Below, piece after piece: positions 17,560 to 26,268 of a DNA stretch of 29,426 nt. The notes below the pieces were generated by a model. The model was not told where the DNA came from and ran no database searches. It saw only the letters and a list, made by a program, of their open reading frames with translations. A program made the translations under genes and the position numbers. The stretch lies in the UHGV virus genome UHGV-0124752. One strand, 5' to 3'. This DNA comes from a virus. The number at the start of each line of letters is the position of its first letter. Position 1 is the first letter of the stretch.

Positions 17560-18306
17560 TTAGTTTCTATAATTAGAAATATAGTCATCCATTTTAGCCT
17601 GCTCTATGATTCCACTATTTTTAATATACAAAACATTTGCCCAATCAAAATACTCACAAAGAATAACAATCATAGTCAAAAGCTTTTCATCAGTCATATT
17701 TATTAACAGCTCATATTGCTCAGCTTTTTTTTCACTTTCAACTTTATCATCTATCAACTTCACCAAAAGATAAAATCTTCTTACCAAAGAGAAAAAATGA
17801 TCATCAACATCTAAACTTTCCAACCATGCAATGATTCTTTTCTTTTCTATTCCAGCTCTAACCAAGATGCTCAAGTTATCATCAATGAAAGTTATAGCAT
17901 TATTAGATCTATACTCAATAAGTGTAGGTTCTTTGGTCCCCCCCCCTTTACTTTCATCATCATTATCTGCTCCATTACCGATTACAATACGCAATTTATT
18001 ATAATTAGAATCTTGAGATTCAATTAGACAGAAAAACCTCACTTCAAATTTTTTGTAATCTTCAAGTAACTCTTGTCTTTTTATCTCTTGTTTCAATGTT
18101 GAGTTAGACTGCACTTGTAAAGTTACAGAGCGAATCAGCAGGCAAATCGAGATAAAACTTAGTATAGGATTCAGGACCCCACCCATGAAGTCCCCAAATT
18201 GCCCCCAAACATCAGCATCTTGAGTACTTAAGTACCAGGGGCCAAACTTAATACAATAAACCCCCAAAACTATTATTATGAGAGCTAAACAAATTATTTT
18301 TAACAT
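17560..18306 (-). CDS. Cargo protein, unknown function: two N-terminal transmembrane helices plus a cytoplasmic domain
   Basis: 248 aa; hydrophobic helices LKIICLALIIIVLGVYCI and GGVLNPILSFISICLLI; AT-rich codon usage unlike the phage core; start 1 nt after the upstream gene's stop. Confidence 0.7.
   Translation of the reverse strand: MLKIICLALIIIVLGVYCIKFGPWYLSTQDADVWGQFGDFMGGVLNPILSFISICLLIRSVTLQVQSNSTLKQEIKRQELLEDYKKFEVRFFCLIESQDSNYNKLRIVIGNGADNDDESKGGGTKEPTLIEYRSNNAITFIDDNLSILVRAGIEKKRIIAWLESLDVDDHFFSLVRRFYLLVKLIDDKVESEKKAEQYELLINMTDEKLLTMIVILCEYFDWANVLYIKNSGIIEQAKMDDYISNYRN
17938..17946. repeat. Homopolymeric C9 tract (G9 on the coding strand) inside the membrane-protein gene
   Basis: ctttggt ccccccccc tttac; the minus strand reads aaa ggg ggg ggg acc, encoding KGGGT in frame. 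Confidence 0.8.
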
Positions 18307-18307
18307 C

Positions 18308-19126
18308 TTACTGCACCGTATGCACTAAATATTTCACAGTTTCCCCACTGTTAATTATTACCCGACTTACAGTCAGTTCAAGATAAATATAGCCAGCAGT
18401 GGAAGGCGGATTATTTACATGTAAGTTAGCCGAAATCATTCTTTTTTGAGCTGGAATGATGACACGTAAGGGGCTATAAAACCCAAATGCCACCGTATCA
18501 TTTTCGCCCTCAAGAACAAGCCTACCATTGCCAGTGCGAGCATTAAATCTTGTAATATAAGCCCTGATTACTTCAGTCTTTTTTAAAACACGTGATGTGA
18601 ATAAATTTGTTGCAGTAGATGTATCTAATTCAATTACTTTTTTCTTATCATGGGCACGCTGTTTAAAATTTAACTCGATATTATAGTTTTTTTTGAGATT
18701 AATTTCATGCATTCTTTTTAGAGGAGCTCGAATACGACCTATCAACTCATCCTCAATATCCGATAAACCTTTAACTACTTCTTCCGCTTCATTGGAAAGT
18801 TCGCGACTCTCTAAATATAATGATTGCGAAATAAAGAAACTCATCACTTCATTAAATACTGGTTTAGATATTTTGCGAAGTTCTGATACCAGTTCAGCAT
18901 CATTAATAACCAAGTCAAAATTTTGACCATAAGAACCGGTGAAATTCCTCTTGAGTACAGCCCTTGCAGGATTTACATGAGAGCGGCGCTTTATTATTAC
19001 TTTCCTAAGTATAGCCTCCGCCAACAAGCAAGTAACCTCTGCAGTTCCTGCAAGCGTGTCGAGACCGTATTCCATATCTACTTCATCATCGCCGCTTTTG
19101 ATAATAACATCGTAATTAACTCGCAT
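18308..19126 (-). CDS. Cargo protein, unknown function (soluble, 272 aa), first gene of a two-gene operon
   Basis: AT-rich ORF with RBS aaggaaag ahead of the ATG; I recognise no family motif. Confidence 0.7.
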   Translation of the reverse strand: MRVNYDVIIKSGDDEVDMEYGLDTLAGTAEVTCLLAEAILRKVIIKRRSHVNPARAVLKRNFTGSYGQNFDLVINDAELVSELRKISKPVFNEVMSFFISQSLYLESRELSNEAEEVVKGLSDIEDELIGRIRAPLKRMHEINLKKNYNIELNFKQRAHDKKKVIELDTSTATNLFTSRVLKKTEVIRAYITRFNARTGNGRLVLEGENDTVAFGFYSPLRVIIPAQKRMISANLHVNNPPSTAGYIYLELTVSRVIINSGETVKYLVHTVQ

Positions 19127-19163
19127 TTTCTTTCCTTACGAAAATAATTGCTTCCATTTTGGG

Positions 19164-19191
19164 ATTAATCTTAAATTAGCATAGCAGTCAA
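19164..19191 (-). promoter_or_regulatory. Candidate sigma70 promoter for the cargo operon
   Basis: Minus strand TTGACT, 16-nt spacer, ATTAAT, about 35 nt upstream of the 19126 start codon. Confidence 0.3.
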
Positions 19192-19230
19192 TGTTTTTGA
19201 ACAGCATAATCCTAAAAGCGGTAGCGCGCG

Positions 19231-19249
19231 CTCGTATCCCCGCCACGCC
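19231..19249. other. cos-like site (cohesive-end core)
   Basis: Minus strand reads GGCGTGGCGGGGATACGAG; the first 13 nt match the P2/186 cohesive-end sequence as I recall it. Flanked by an aaaagcgg/ccgctttt inverted repeat. Confidence 0.45.
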
Positions 19250-19290
19250 TGCCCGCTTTATGTAGTGGTTTTCATGCACCTGTATGAGCT

Positions 19291-19318
19291 ACGCAAAAGC
19301 CCGCCAGTTCTGGCGGGC
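19291..19318 (-). terminator. Rho-independent terminator for minus-strand transcripts
   Basis: GC-rich hairpin gcccgccag / ctggcgggc followed on the minus strand by TTTT; lies downstream of the DinI-like gene. Confidence 0.5.
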
Positions 19319-19453
19319 CTTAGCAAAAACGATCCTCAAACGATCATGCGATCTCATGCGGCATAGACATGCACTACAGAGCTAACGCCTCGCAAGGGCT
19401 CGTTGTTCAACCTTGCTGACGCCAGAAGCAAGTTCAGACGCCAGCAACGTTTC

Positions 19454-19687
19454 TTAATGCAGCCAGCTGTCGTCTTCCCACACCTTCTGCATAATTTTCA
19501 TCACTTGTTTTCTTTCTTCGTCCAGTTGCAGTCCGGTTAGTTCCACACCGTTAGAGCTACCTTTGCGAATGCGAATTACCGTTTTGGGATACAGGGGGCG
19601 CAGATTGCGGTAAAGCTCGGATTCAAGGGCGTCCAGGGTAGACTGGCTAATCTTCTGCTCTTTATCGATCATTATTTCAATGCGCAT
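19454..19687 (-). CDS. DinI-family protein
   Basis: MRIEIMIDKEQKISQSTLDALESELYRNLRPLYP...KVWEDDSWLH resembles DinI (MRIEVTIAK...ETWESADDWF); start placed at the Met with RBS gaggtg. ORF track gives 19454..19759. Confidence 0.75.
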   Translation of the reverse strand: MRIEIMIDKEQKISQSTLDALESELYRNLRPLYPKTVIRIRKGSSNGVELTGLQLDEERKQVMKIMQKVWEDDSWLH

Positions 19688-19697
19688 AAAAGTCACC

Positions 19698-19886
19698 TCA
19701 GCTGATGACATCCATTGAGCGGTTGTATTCGTGGGTTCTGATTTTTGCCATGAGTTCATCAGTCAATTCAGAAACCCACTGCAGAGCCAGCCCCTTCTCT
19801 TCATCACTACACTCACTAGCCGCTACAAGCTTAAGAAAAAAATCAATGCGCTGGAGCTTCAAAGACTCCAAAAAATAGTCCTGCAT
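19698..19886 (-). CDS. Small protein (62 aa) directly downstream of a LexA box; candidate antirepressor
   Basis: MQDYFLESLKLQRIDFFLKLVAASECSDEEKG...; strong RBS aggagg; start chosen inside ORF-track entry 19698..19988. Confidence 0.5.
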   Translation of the reverse strand: MQDYFLESLKLQRIDFFLKLVAASECSDEEKGLALQWVSELTDELMAKIRTHEYNRSMDVIS

Positions 19887-19928
19887 CTTTCCTCCTATGA
19901 CACCACACGCAATGCTGTATGTATAACC

Positions 19929-19944
19929 ACTGTTTATATTTACA
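19929..19944. promoter_or_regulatory. LexA (SOS) box
   Basis: CTGT-TTATATTT-ACAG matches the CTGT-N8-ACAG consensus with an AT-rich spacer; about 43 bp upstream of the 62-aa ORF. Confidence 0.6.
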
Positions 19945-20039
19945 GTATATAATAATCTTACTGATGTAAAACGTTTTTTTACATTCATCAGCCTGATATA
20001 CCTGGTATTATTAAGAGCACGAATTGTTAACCCGCGTAA

Positions 20040-22454
20040 TTAATACAGGTTCCGCCAATGATCATCTTCCTGCAAACGCTGGTTCCGATAGAAGATACGC
20101 AGGCCTGCTCCTGACGGAATACTGCCTCCGCGAAGGAGTAAATCGACCTCTTTCTCGCTGCCATCAAATCCTCTGGACTTCAGCTCATACACGAGCTGCA
20201 GTCGCTGATGGTCTGTAATTCGCTGTTTGTAGTCTTTACGCCGTTTCGGTTTCACCAGGCATAACCTTGCTGCCAGTTCCCGGCGCTCTTTTTTGCTCAT
20301 ACTGTGCAGGTAATCGTGCAACTCCTTGTCATCCATGCTGGTAATGTCCGTTCTGGGGTCCCCATCAGCTGATTTATCTTTCTCCTGTTGGTTCAAATTT
20401 TCAGCAAGGGGACAGTTATTGCCACGAGTCCAAGGGGCGCAAGCGCCCTGGTCGGCTGCCGCCTCCTGAACGTCAACGGCCTTACGAACCATTTTCCACT
20501 TCACCGCATGAGTGCAGATCTTGCCCTCTGCAATGGGTGACCAGATGCCATAAATACGAATACCGTGATCGCCATATGCGGTCGGTTCTTCGTTGATTTC
20601 ATAAGCAGTTCTGATGAGGTGATATTTGCGGGGAACCAGTACGCCGCCCTGCTTCATGATGTAGGTGGCAAAACAACCAGCATCAGCAGCAGCCAGGATT
20701 GCATCAAGGCGCGGGTTATCCAGTACCGGCGCACCTGCTTTTTTGTCCCCCTGTTGCCTTGCCGCCTGACCAGCCAGCAATCGCAGTTCACGGTAAGCCT
20801 GACGCCCCGGAATGCCAAAGAAGCGGAATTGCTGAACACGATGCAGAGACGCCCAGGCATTAACGTATTCAGCGTTATCACGCAGGGATTTACCCGTTTC
20901 CTTGCTGATCTCGCCAGCCAGACCACGCCCGTCAATGTTCTTACTGATGTATTTCGCGATGTAGCTTGTTGGCGTACCTTTGCGCGGGTTTATCAGCTCA
21001 GACTTAAAGCGTGGTCCCGTGTTATTACCCAGCTCCTCGCGGTCTTCACGAATGGCAAACTTACGCAACAAAGCAGTAATGGTGCGGCGATCTTTTTTGC
21101 GCATAAAACACAACAGGTGCCAGTGAACTGTACCGTCATGATGCGGCTCAGCCACCCGCACGCCATACCAGCGCAATCCGGCTTTGTGCATCGCCTTACG
21201 AAATGCAGCAAACATGCCGACCAGATAATCACTGCTTTGTCTTACCGTCGTATTTGTCCAGGTCGGGTTGGGCCTGCCGTTATTTAGCGTGGAATGGAAA
21301 CGTGACGGACAGGTGATGGTGTAGAAAACGGCGCAGTCACCGCGCATTTCCGCGATAAGCTCCAGACCTTTAACACAGGCCATCATCTCATTGCGGCGAT
21401 GCGCAGGGTTGCTGCTGCTGGCGTTTACCACATCCTCCATGTCCAGCGTGTCGCCGTCTTCGTTCACCAGTTCATGAGAACGGAAAAACTCCAGCGACTT
21501 ACGGCGCTGCTCACGTTTATGCATCACGGCTTCATAGCTGACATAGGGAGATGCTTTTTTGCTGACCAGGCAAACAGCACGCAACTGCTCTTCCCGCCAT
21601 TCGCAACGCATCTTCCATAATTTCCGGTACCACCAATCGGCGCACAACATACGCGCCAGCGAACCCGGAATGAGTTTATAGGGCACGGGTTTACGGCGGT
21701 TTCTTTTCCGGCGGAGTTGCTCAAACGCAGGCGGTATGACATCCAGTCGCAGGGTTTCTGCTGCCACCTTTTCCCATGTCTTGCGGATTTCTTCTGGCTT
21801 AACGTCATCGGTGGCATACAAATCGCCACAAGCTGCATCAAGGCACATGCTCATATGCGCAGCAACAAGGGTGGACAGGCGTTTCACCTGATCCTGACTC
21901 ATTTCAGGTAGGATCAGCAGGCCGTCCAGCCCTTCATGGCTTGCCATAAAGCGAAAAGAAGTGGATAGCTGACTGTCGCGTACATGCTCCAGCCGTTCCA
22001 GACATGGCTTAATCGTCTCACGCAAATAGCGGGAATAAGCCTTTGGCCTGCCAAGGCTGCTGAAGTATTCAATACGTTGCATCAGCGGCCTGCTGATATG
22101 GGAAGGCTGGGCGTTAACGTCTGCCAGAATGACCATGTCCGGGTTAAAACGCTGCTGCTCATGCGCCAACTTTGCCCGGCTAATGAGCTTATCCTGCTCC
22201 ATTTCGCGCTGGACAGGATCACGGGATTCATTAAAGAAATAACGCTCCCAAACCTGATCACTCAGTGCCTCGCGGCGCAGTTGTTCCTGCTCGTTATCGG
22301 CAGCGTACAGAGTGATCAGGTTTGAAAGCGCAGAAACCGGCGCAACTTCCGCCGGGTCCAGATAAGGGTTAATAGCCTTTTTCGGGCTGTTCCATGAGAA
22401 TGCTGCGGCGGCCTCGTTAAAGCCGCTGCAGTTGTTCATATCAGCATGGCTCAT
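20040..22454 (-). CDS. A: Replication initiation protein (rolling-circle type)
   Basis: 804-aa ORF in the early operon, in the position of P2/186 gene A. Confidence 0.85.
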   Translation of the reverse strand: MSHADMNNCSGFNEAAAAFSWNSPKKAINPYLDPAEVAPVSALSNLITLYAADNEQEQLRREALSDQVWERYFFNESRDPVQREMEQDKLISRAKLAHEQQRFNPDMVILADVNAQPSHISRPLMQRIEYFSSLGRPKAYSRYLRETIKPCLERLEHVRDSQLSTSFRFMASHEGLDGLLILPEMSQDQVKRLSTLVAAHMSMCLDAACGDLYATDDVKPEEIRKTWEKVAAETLRLDVIPPAFEQLRRKRNRRKPVPYKLIPGSLARMLCADWWYRKLWKMRCEWREEQLRAVCLVSKKASPYVSYEAVMHKREQRRKSLEFFRSHELVNEDGDTLDMEDVVNASSSNPAHRRNEMMACVKGLELIAEMRGDCAVFYTITCPSRFHSTLNNGRPNPTWTNTTVRQSSDYLVGMFAAFRKAMHKAGLRWYGVRVAEPHHDGTVHWHLLCFMRKKDRRTITALLRKFAIREDREELGNNTGPRFKSELINPRKGTPTSYIAKYISKNIDGRGLAGEISKETGKSLRDNAEYVNAWASLHRVQQFRFFGIPGRQAYRELRLLAGQAARQQGDKKAGAPVLDNPRLDAILAAADAGCFATYIMKQGGVLVPRKYHLIRTAYEINEEPTAYGDHGIRIYGIWSPIAEGKICTHAVKWKMVRKAVDVQEAAADQGACAPWTRGNNCPLAENLNQQEKDKSADGDPRTDITSMDDKELHDYLHSMSKKERRELAARLCLVKPKRRKDYKQRITDHQRLQLVYELKSRGFDGSEKEVDLLLRGGSIPSGAGLRIFYRNQRLQEDDHWRNLY

Positions 22455-23308
22455 GCACGCACTCCGTACACGGCAGAACTATCCACGCCACGCGAAGGAT
22501 CAAATCCCACCCAGCAGCGCGGCCCGGAAACAGCGATGATTTCTGTTGCAGATTTACTCTCGCCAGCCGACACGCCGATGCTGCGTTTTGCCTTGATGTA
22601 GTGGTGAGTGAAATTTCGATACAGCGAACGGATCAGGGATGTGTCACTGTTAGAAACAATGACTGGATGACCTTCTGATGATCGATATTCAAGAACAGAT
22701 GCCAGGTGATACTGGTCATCTTCAGTGAAGCCGTCAGTGTGATAGCCGGAAAACGTACCGTCATAAGGCGGATCGCAATACACCACATCCCCCACCTGCA
22801 GCATCGCCAGCGTTTCATCAAAGCTTGCGCAGATAAACGTTGCTCGCTGGGCTTTCTCTGCAAATGCGCGAATTTCTTTTTCAGGGAAATACGGATTTTT
22901 ATAATTACCGTATGGAATGTTGAAATGCCCGCTCTTGTTATAACGACATAACCCACGGTAACCATGACGATTGAGATACAGGAAATATACCGCTTTCATG
23001 AAATCAGTAATTTCAGTTGAGTAATTAAACTCCTGCCTTATGTTGTAATAAGCCACCTCCCTGTTTGCTTCCTTAAATAAAACTCTGGCGCGAGATATAA
23101 ACGATTCACAATCAGCGGCAACCTTTTTATAGAGGTTGATTAAATCAGGATTAATATCCGCAACCAGATAGCTTGGATAATCCGTCGCCATCATCACAGC
23201 ACAGGAACCCGCGAAAGGTTCAACCAGTCGCGGGCCAGCAGGAAGGTGTTTTTTCAGTTCGGACATAATTGCGGTTTTATTTCCCGCCCATTTCAGGATG
23301 GTGCTCAT
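22451..23308 (-). CDS. Dam-like N6-adenine DNA methyltransferase
   Basis: LKWAGNK near the N-terminus, VEPFAGS AdoMet motif, DPPY catalytic motif; collinear with E. coli Dam. Start placed at [11 protein letters not shown]. Confidence 0.85.
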   Translation of the reverse strand: MSTILKWAGNKTAIMSELKKHLPAGPRLVEPFAGSCAVMMATDYPSYLVADINPDLINLYKKVAADCESFISRARVLFKEANREVAYYNIRQEFNYSTEITDFMKAVYFLYLNRHGYRGLCRYNKSGHFNIPYGNYKNPYFPEKEIRAFAEKAQRATFICASFDETLAMLQVGDVVYCDPPYDGTFSGYHTDGFTEDDQYHLASVLEYRSSEGHPVIVSNSDTSLIRSLYRNFTHHYIKAKRSIGVSAGESKSATEIIAVSGPRCWVGFDPSRGVDSSAVYGVRA

Positions 23309-23532
23309 ACAGCACCTCCGTTGTAATGTTTGCCTTTCAGCTCTGCGATTTCCTGACAGGTAATGCAAAGCTGCACACCTGGAATGGCGCGGCGGCGTGC
23401 TGGCGGAATTGGCGCTTCACACTCAATGCAAAGCACGCGGGACACGCCCGGCATTTTGGCACGGGCAGCACGGATATGGCGCTGGCGTTCTTCTTCAACG
23501 CGCTGCTGTACGAGATCCATTGCATCAGCCAT
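23305..23532 (-). CDS. TraR/DksA-family C4 zinc-finger protein
   Basis: 75 aa with CIECEAPIP...CITCQ (four Cys in two CxxC pairs). Confidence 0.7.
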   Translation of the reverse strand: MADAMDLVQQRVEEERQRHIRAARAKMPGVSRVLCIECEAPIPPARRRAIPGVQLCITCQEIAELKGKHYNGGAV

Positions 23533-23771
23533 TAGTGGATCTCCTGCGCTTCGTTCTGGATTGCTTCAGCAGTTACACGCAGTAGTTCTGCTGCTTCGAC
23601 GTGGTTTAGCTGGCGGGATGTGATATGACACGCCAGGCTATCAAGGCGAGCTGCCATTGCTTCAGCCCTTGCCCGGCGTTCTTCCAGACGAGCCTCTGTC
23701 AGTAAAATATTAAGCCCTGCATCATCCGGTCCGGTTTTAGTCGTGAGGGTTTCAATATTACGCATAATCAA
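23532..23771 (-). CDS. Hypothetical early-operon protein (79 aa)
   Basis: ORF tightly packed in the early operon; no family recognised. Confidence 0.45.
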   Translation of the reverse strand: MIMRNIETLTTKTGPDDAGLNILLTEARLEERRARAEAMAARLDSLACHITSRQLNHVEAAELLRVTAEAIQNEAQEIH

Positions 23772-23832
23772 TTCTCCTGAATTTAGATAAAGGGATGCCC
23801 GGCGGGTTTACGTCATTAATTTCATTAGTTGG

Positions 23833-24174
23833 TTAATTCGGCATGGTTAGCCGTCTGGGAAATAAGCTCACCACTGCACGAAAATGATTCATTGCTTTAA
23901 TCAACTCCCGCTTTTCGTCAGTGGTCAGCTCATTAATGCTGATGCTATGACGTTCAGCTGGAATTTTTGCCATAAAGAATATGGCAGCCAGTGCTCGTTT
24001 ATTTTGTTCATTATTGATATCCCGTGGATCACGCATATCTTTAATAAACCGCTCAAGCTCTGACTCAATATTCAGGCCAAATACTTTCGCCCTTAACTCC
24101 GCAATGTGATTAAGTCCATTCAGGCGTTCACCGGGGCTTAATGGAACAGTCGCCGCAGCGCCATTAATTGCCAT
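23833..24174 (-). CDS. Hypothetical early-operon protein (113 aa)
   Basis: ORF in the early operon; no family recognised. Confidence 0.45.
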   Translation of the reverse strand: MAINGAAATVPLSPGERLNGLNHIAELRAKVFGLNIESELERFIKDMRDPRDINNEQNKRALAAIFFMAKIPAERHSISINELTTDEKRELIKAMNHFRAVVSLFPRRLTMPN

Positions 24175-24196
24175 AATTCATATCCCCAAAACGCAA

Positions 24197-24421
24197 CTAT
24201 CGTTCTTTGTTCTTACGGTAACGCTCAAGGGGAGATACATTTTTTCGTACCGTCTCTTTAACCTGCTCTCCCCGTAAAAACGTCCCATCCTTTAGCGTGA
24301 AAAAGTAACTGCCATCGCCCGACAACGACGGATAACAACAGAGCAAATCATCTTCAGGTACTGAATAACTCTCCCCTCTGTAACGAAACTGATAAACCAC
24401 TTCACTTTCCGCTGCATACAT
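24197..24421 (-). CDS. Hypothetical small protein (74 aa); boundaries uncertain
   Basis: Overlaps a second frame (24292..24588) by about 130 nt; which frame is real cannot be decided by eye. Confidence 0.3.
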   Translation of the reverse strand: MYAAESEVVYQFRYRGESYSVPEDDLLCCYPSLSGDGSYFFTLKDGTFLRGEQVKETVRKNVSPLERYRKNKER

Positions 24422-24595
24422 TTTGACTTTCTCCGTTTCCTCGTGGTCAATTCAGACAGCAATTCATCTTGTGAATGACATGGATGCCAGCGTTTACCAT
24501 CCTCACCCATGATCCAGCCGTGACCGTAGTGCATTGCCGGGCTTTGTTTTACCAGCAGCGATGCAAATGATGGTTCTTTCGTCAGCATAAGCACC

Positions 24596-25105
24596 TCACA
24601 GCAAACCGAATGAAGCACCGAGGCCAGTCACGGTATCAACTGCACTCGCCATCGCAGGATTAGCCTGTAAACGGGCCTGCAATGAAACAGCCGCCAGCGC
24701 CATCAGTCGTGTTACAGAATTAATGCTGCTGATCGCATCGCGACGGCCTGCACTGGTTTTTACATCGCCAGAAACCGCACCTGCAGCAACACGCCCGATC
24801 TCTGCGGTTGCACTCATGACGTAATGTGGCAGTCTCTCTTTTGCCACCTCATTTACCGGTATACATGGCAGGCAGTGAATCTGAGCCAGAAATCCATCAA
24901 CCAGTGTTGGGTCTTCAGTGAGATCGGTTAACTGCCAGATATCTGACGCAGTAAGTTGGTGTGGTTGTTCCGGGTTGAGCTTGTTACGCAAGGTTTGAAC
25001 GTTCATACCTGCGCGCTCTGCCAGCTTCGCCATGTTGTGTCGTAGGGCGAAGGCCCGGCAGGCTTCATTGAAATGGGGATGTTTTGAAATGCGATAGTCA
25101 AACAT
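24596..25105 (-). CDS. cII: CII-like lysogeny establishment regulator (phage 186 type)
   Basis: MFDYRISKHPHFNEACRAFALRHNMAKLAERAGMNVQTLRNKLNPEQPHQL... closely resembles 186 CII as I recall it. Confidence 0.8.
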   Translation of the reverse strand: MFDYRISKHPHFNEACRAFALRHNMAKLAERAGMNVQTLRNKLNPEQPHQLTASDIWQLTDLTEDPTLVDGFLAQIHCLPCIPVNEVAKERLPHYVMSATAEIGRVAAGAVSGDVKTSAGRRDAISSINSVTRLMALAAVSLQARLQANPAMASAVDTVTGLGASFGLL

Positions 25106-25137
25106 AGTCAGTTGCTCCGTGAAGTCTCAAAATGGAA

Positions 25138-25359
25138 CTAGTTGATAGTCACGTTGCAATCAGAGAGGGCATCGATCGTCATCGCAGCAATGTTAATCAT
25201 CACTTTTTCACGCTTTTTATCCTTACGTAGGCGATGACGAGGCAAACGCCCATCTGCAAGCATGTCGTTAATTGTGTCGATAGATAAGCCAGTGAGTTCA
25301 CTATATCTTTCTATAGTAACGTGGGGGGTGATGAGAGTGATTGAAATGTTAGGTCTCAT
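25138..25359 (-). CDS. apl: Apl/Cox-like excisionase and transcriptional repressor
   Basis: Small basic HTH protein, first gene of the lytic operon, divergent from cI; start placed at MRPNISITL. Confidence 0.65.
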   Translation of the reverse strand: MRPNISITLITPHVTIERYSELTGLSIDTINDMLADGRLPRHRLRKDKKREKVMINIAAMTIDALSDCNVTIN

Positions 25360-25383
25360 GATGCAACATTCCTCTTTTAGCAA

Positions 25384-25478
25384 TGATTAATCAGGATGAA
25401 TACTGATCGTTTGTATTATGTGAACACTGCAAACATACGATCACATCATGAAATCGTCAAGGTAAAAGTTCACTTGGA
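25384..25478. promoter_or_regulatory. Lysis-lysogeny switch region (promoters and operators between apl and cI)
   Basis: 95-bp AT-rich intergenic region between the divergent repressor and apl/cox genes; individual operators not resolved. Confidence 0.5.
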
Positions 25479-26048
25479 GTGACCATGAATTTGGAAAAAG
25501 GCGGTCGTGGGGCCATAGAGCGCATGGTTGAAGCCTATGGTTTCAAGACAAGACAAGCTTTGTGTGATCATTTGGGCATTTCTAAAAGCACCTTAGCCAC
25601 GCGCTATATGCGTGATTCATTCCCGGCAGAATGGGTAATCCAATGTGCACTTGAAACCGGCACGTCGCTAGAGTGGCTAACTACTGGGCAAGGTTCAAAA
25701 GAAAGTTCACAAAAAGAAAACACAAAAGAGATCGAAAGGAAGATTTTATCAAGCGGAAAACTACTTCCTGATGGTTACTACATTTTCGACAACAACTTTT
25801 TGCCTGAAAAACTAAAAAAACCTTTTGTTGTGATCGATGGCGCATCAGAGTTTATCTGTGATTCGGATTATGAGGATGTACGTGATGGTAAGTGGATCGT
25901 TGATATTGATGGCGAGGTTGCTATCAGGAATCTGACAAGACTGCCGGGGCGTCGTCTAAATGTCGATGGTGGCAGCAGTTCCTTTGAATGCAAAATAGAT
26001 GAAATTGATATCATAGGAAAAATTAGAAGCGCGATCGTCAATTATTAA
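25479..26048 (+). CDS. cI: Immunity repressor, phage 186 CI type
   Basis: 189 aa; ...EAYGF...[15 protein letters not shown]... N-terminal HTH region and [23 protein letters not shown]-terminal region resemble 186 CI. Confidence 0.8.
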   Translation: MTMNLEKGGRGAIERMVEAYGFKTRQALCDHLGISKSTLATRYMRDSFPAEWVIQCALETGTSLEWLTTGQGSKESSQKENTKEIERKILSSGKLLPDGYYIFDNNFLPEKLKKPFVVIDGASEFICDSDYEDVRDGKWIVDIDGEVAIRNLTRLPGRRLNVDGGSSSFECKIDEIDIIGKIRSAIVNY

Positions 26049-26071
26049 AATTAATGTATAAGGAAATAAAT

Positions 26072-26257
26072 ATGTTTTATAAATCTATACATATCCTACT
26101 TATTTGTTTATTTATTACTTTACCTATTACAAGTTTTGCAAAAAATTATCCATGTTCTGGTAAGAAAGGGGGAGTTTCACATTGTACATCTGATGGGAAG
26201 TTCGTTTGCAATGATGGAACGCAAAGCAAGTCAAAGAAAATATGTTCTAAAAACTAA
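26072..26257 (+). CDS. Small secreted cysteine-rich peptide
   Basis: Signal peptide [23 protein letters not shown], then about 38 residues with four Cys; RBS aagga; very AT-rich. Confidence 0.5.
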   Translation: MFYKSIHILLICLFITLPITSFAKNYPCSGKKGGVSHCTSDGKFVCNDGTQSKSKKICSKN

Positions 26258-26268
26258 GGTTGCTTCAT

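Noticed and set aside
20565-21287. 240-aa plus-strand ORF
   Set aside because: Antisense within replication gene A.
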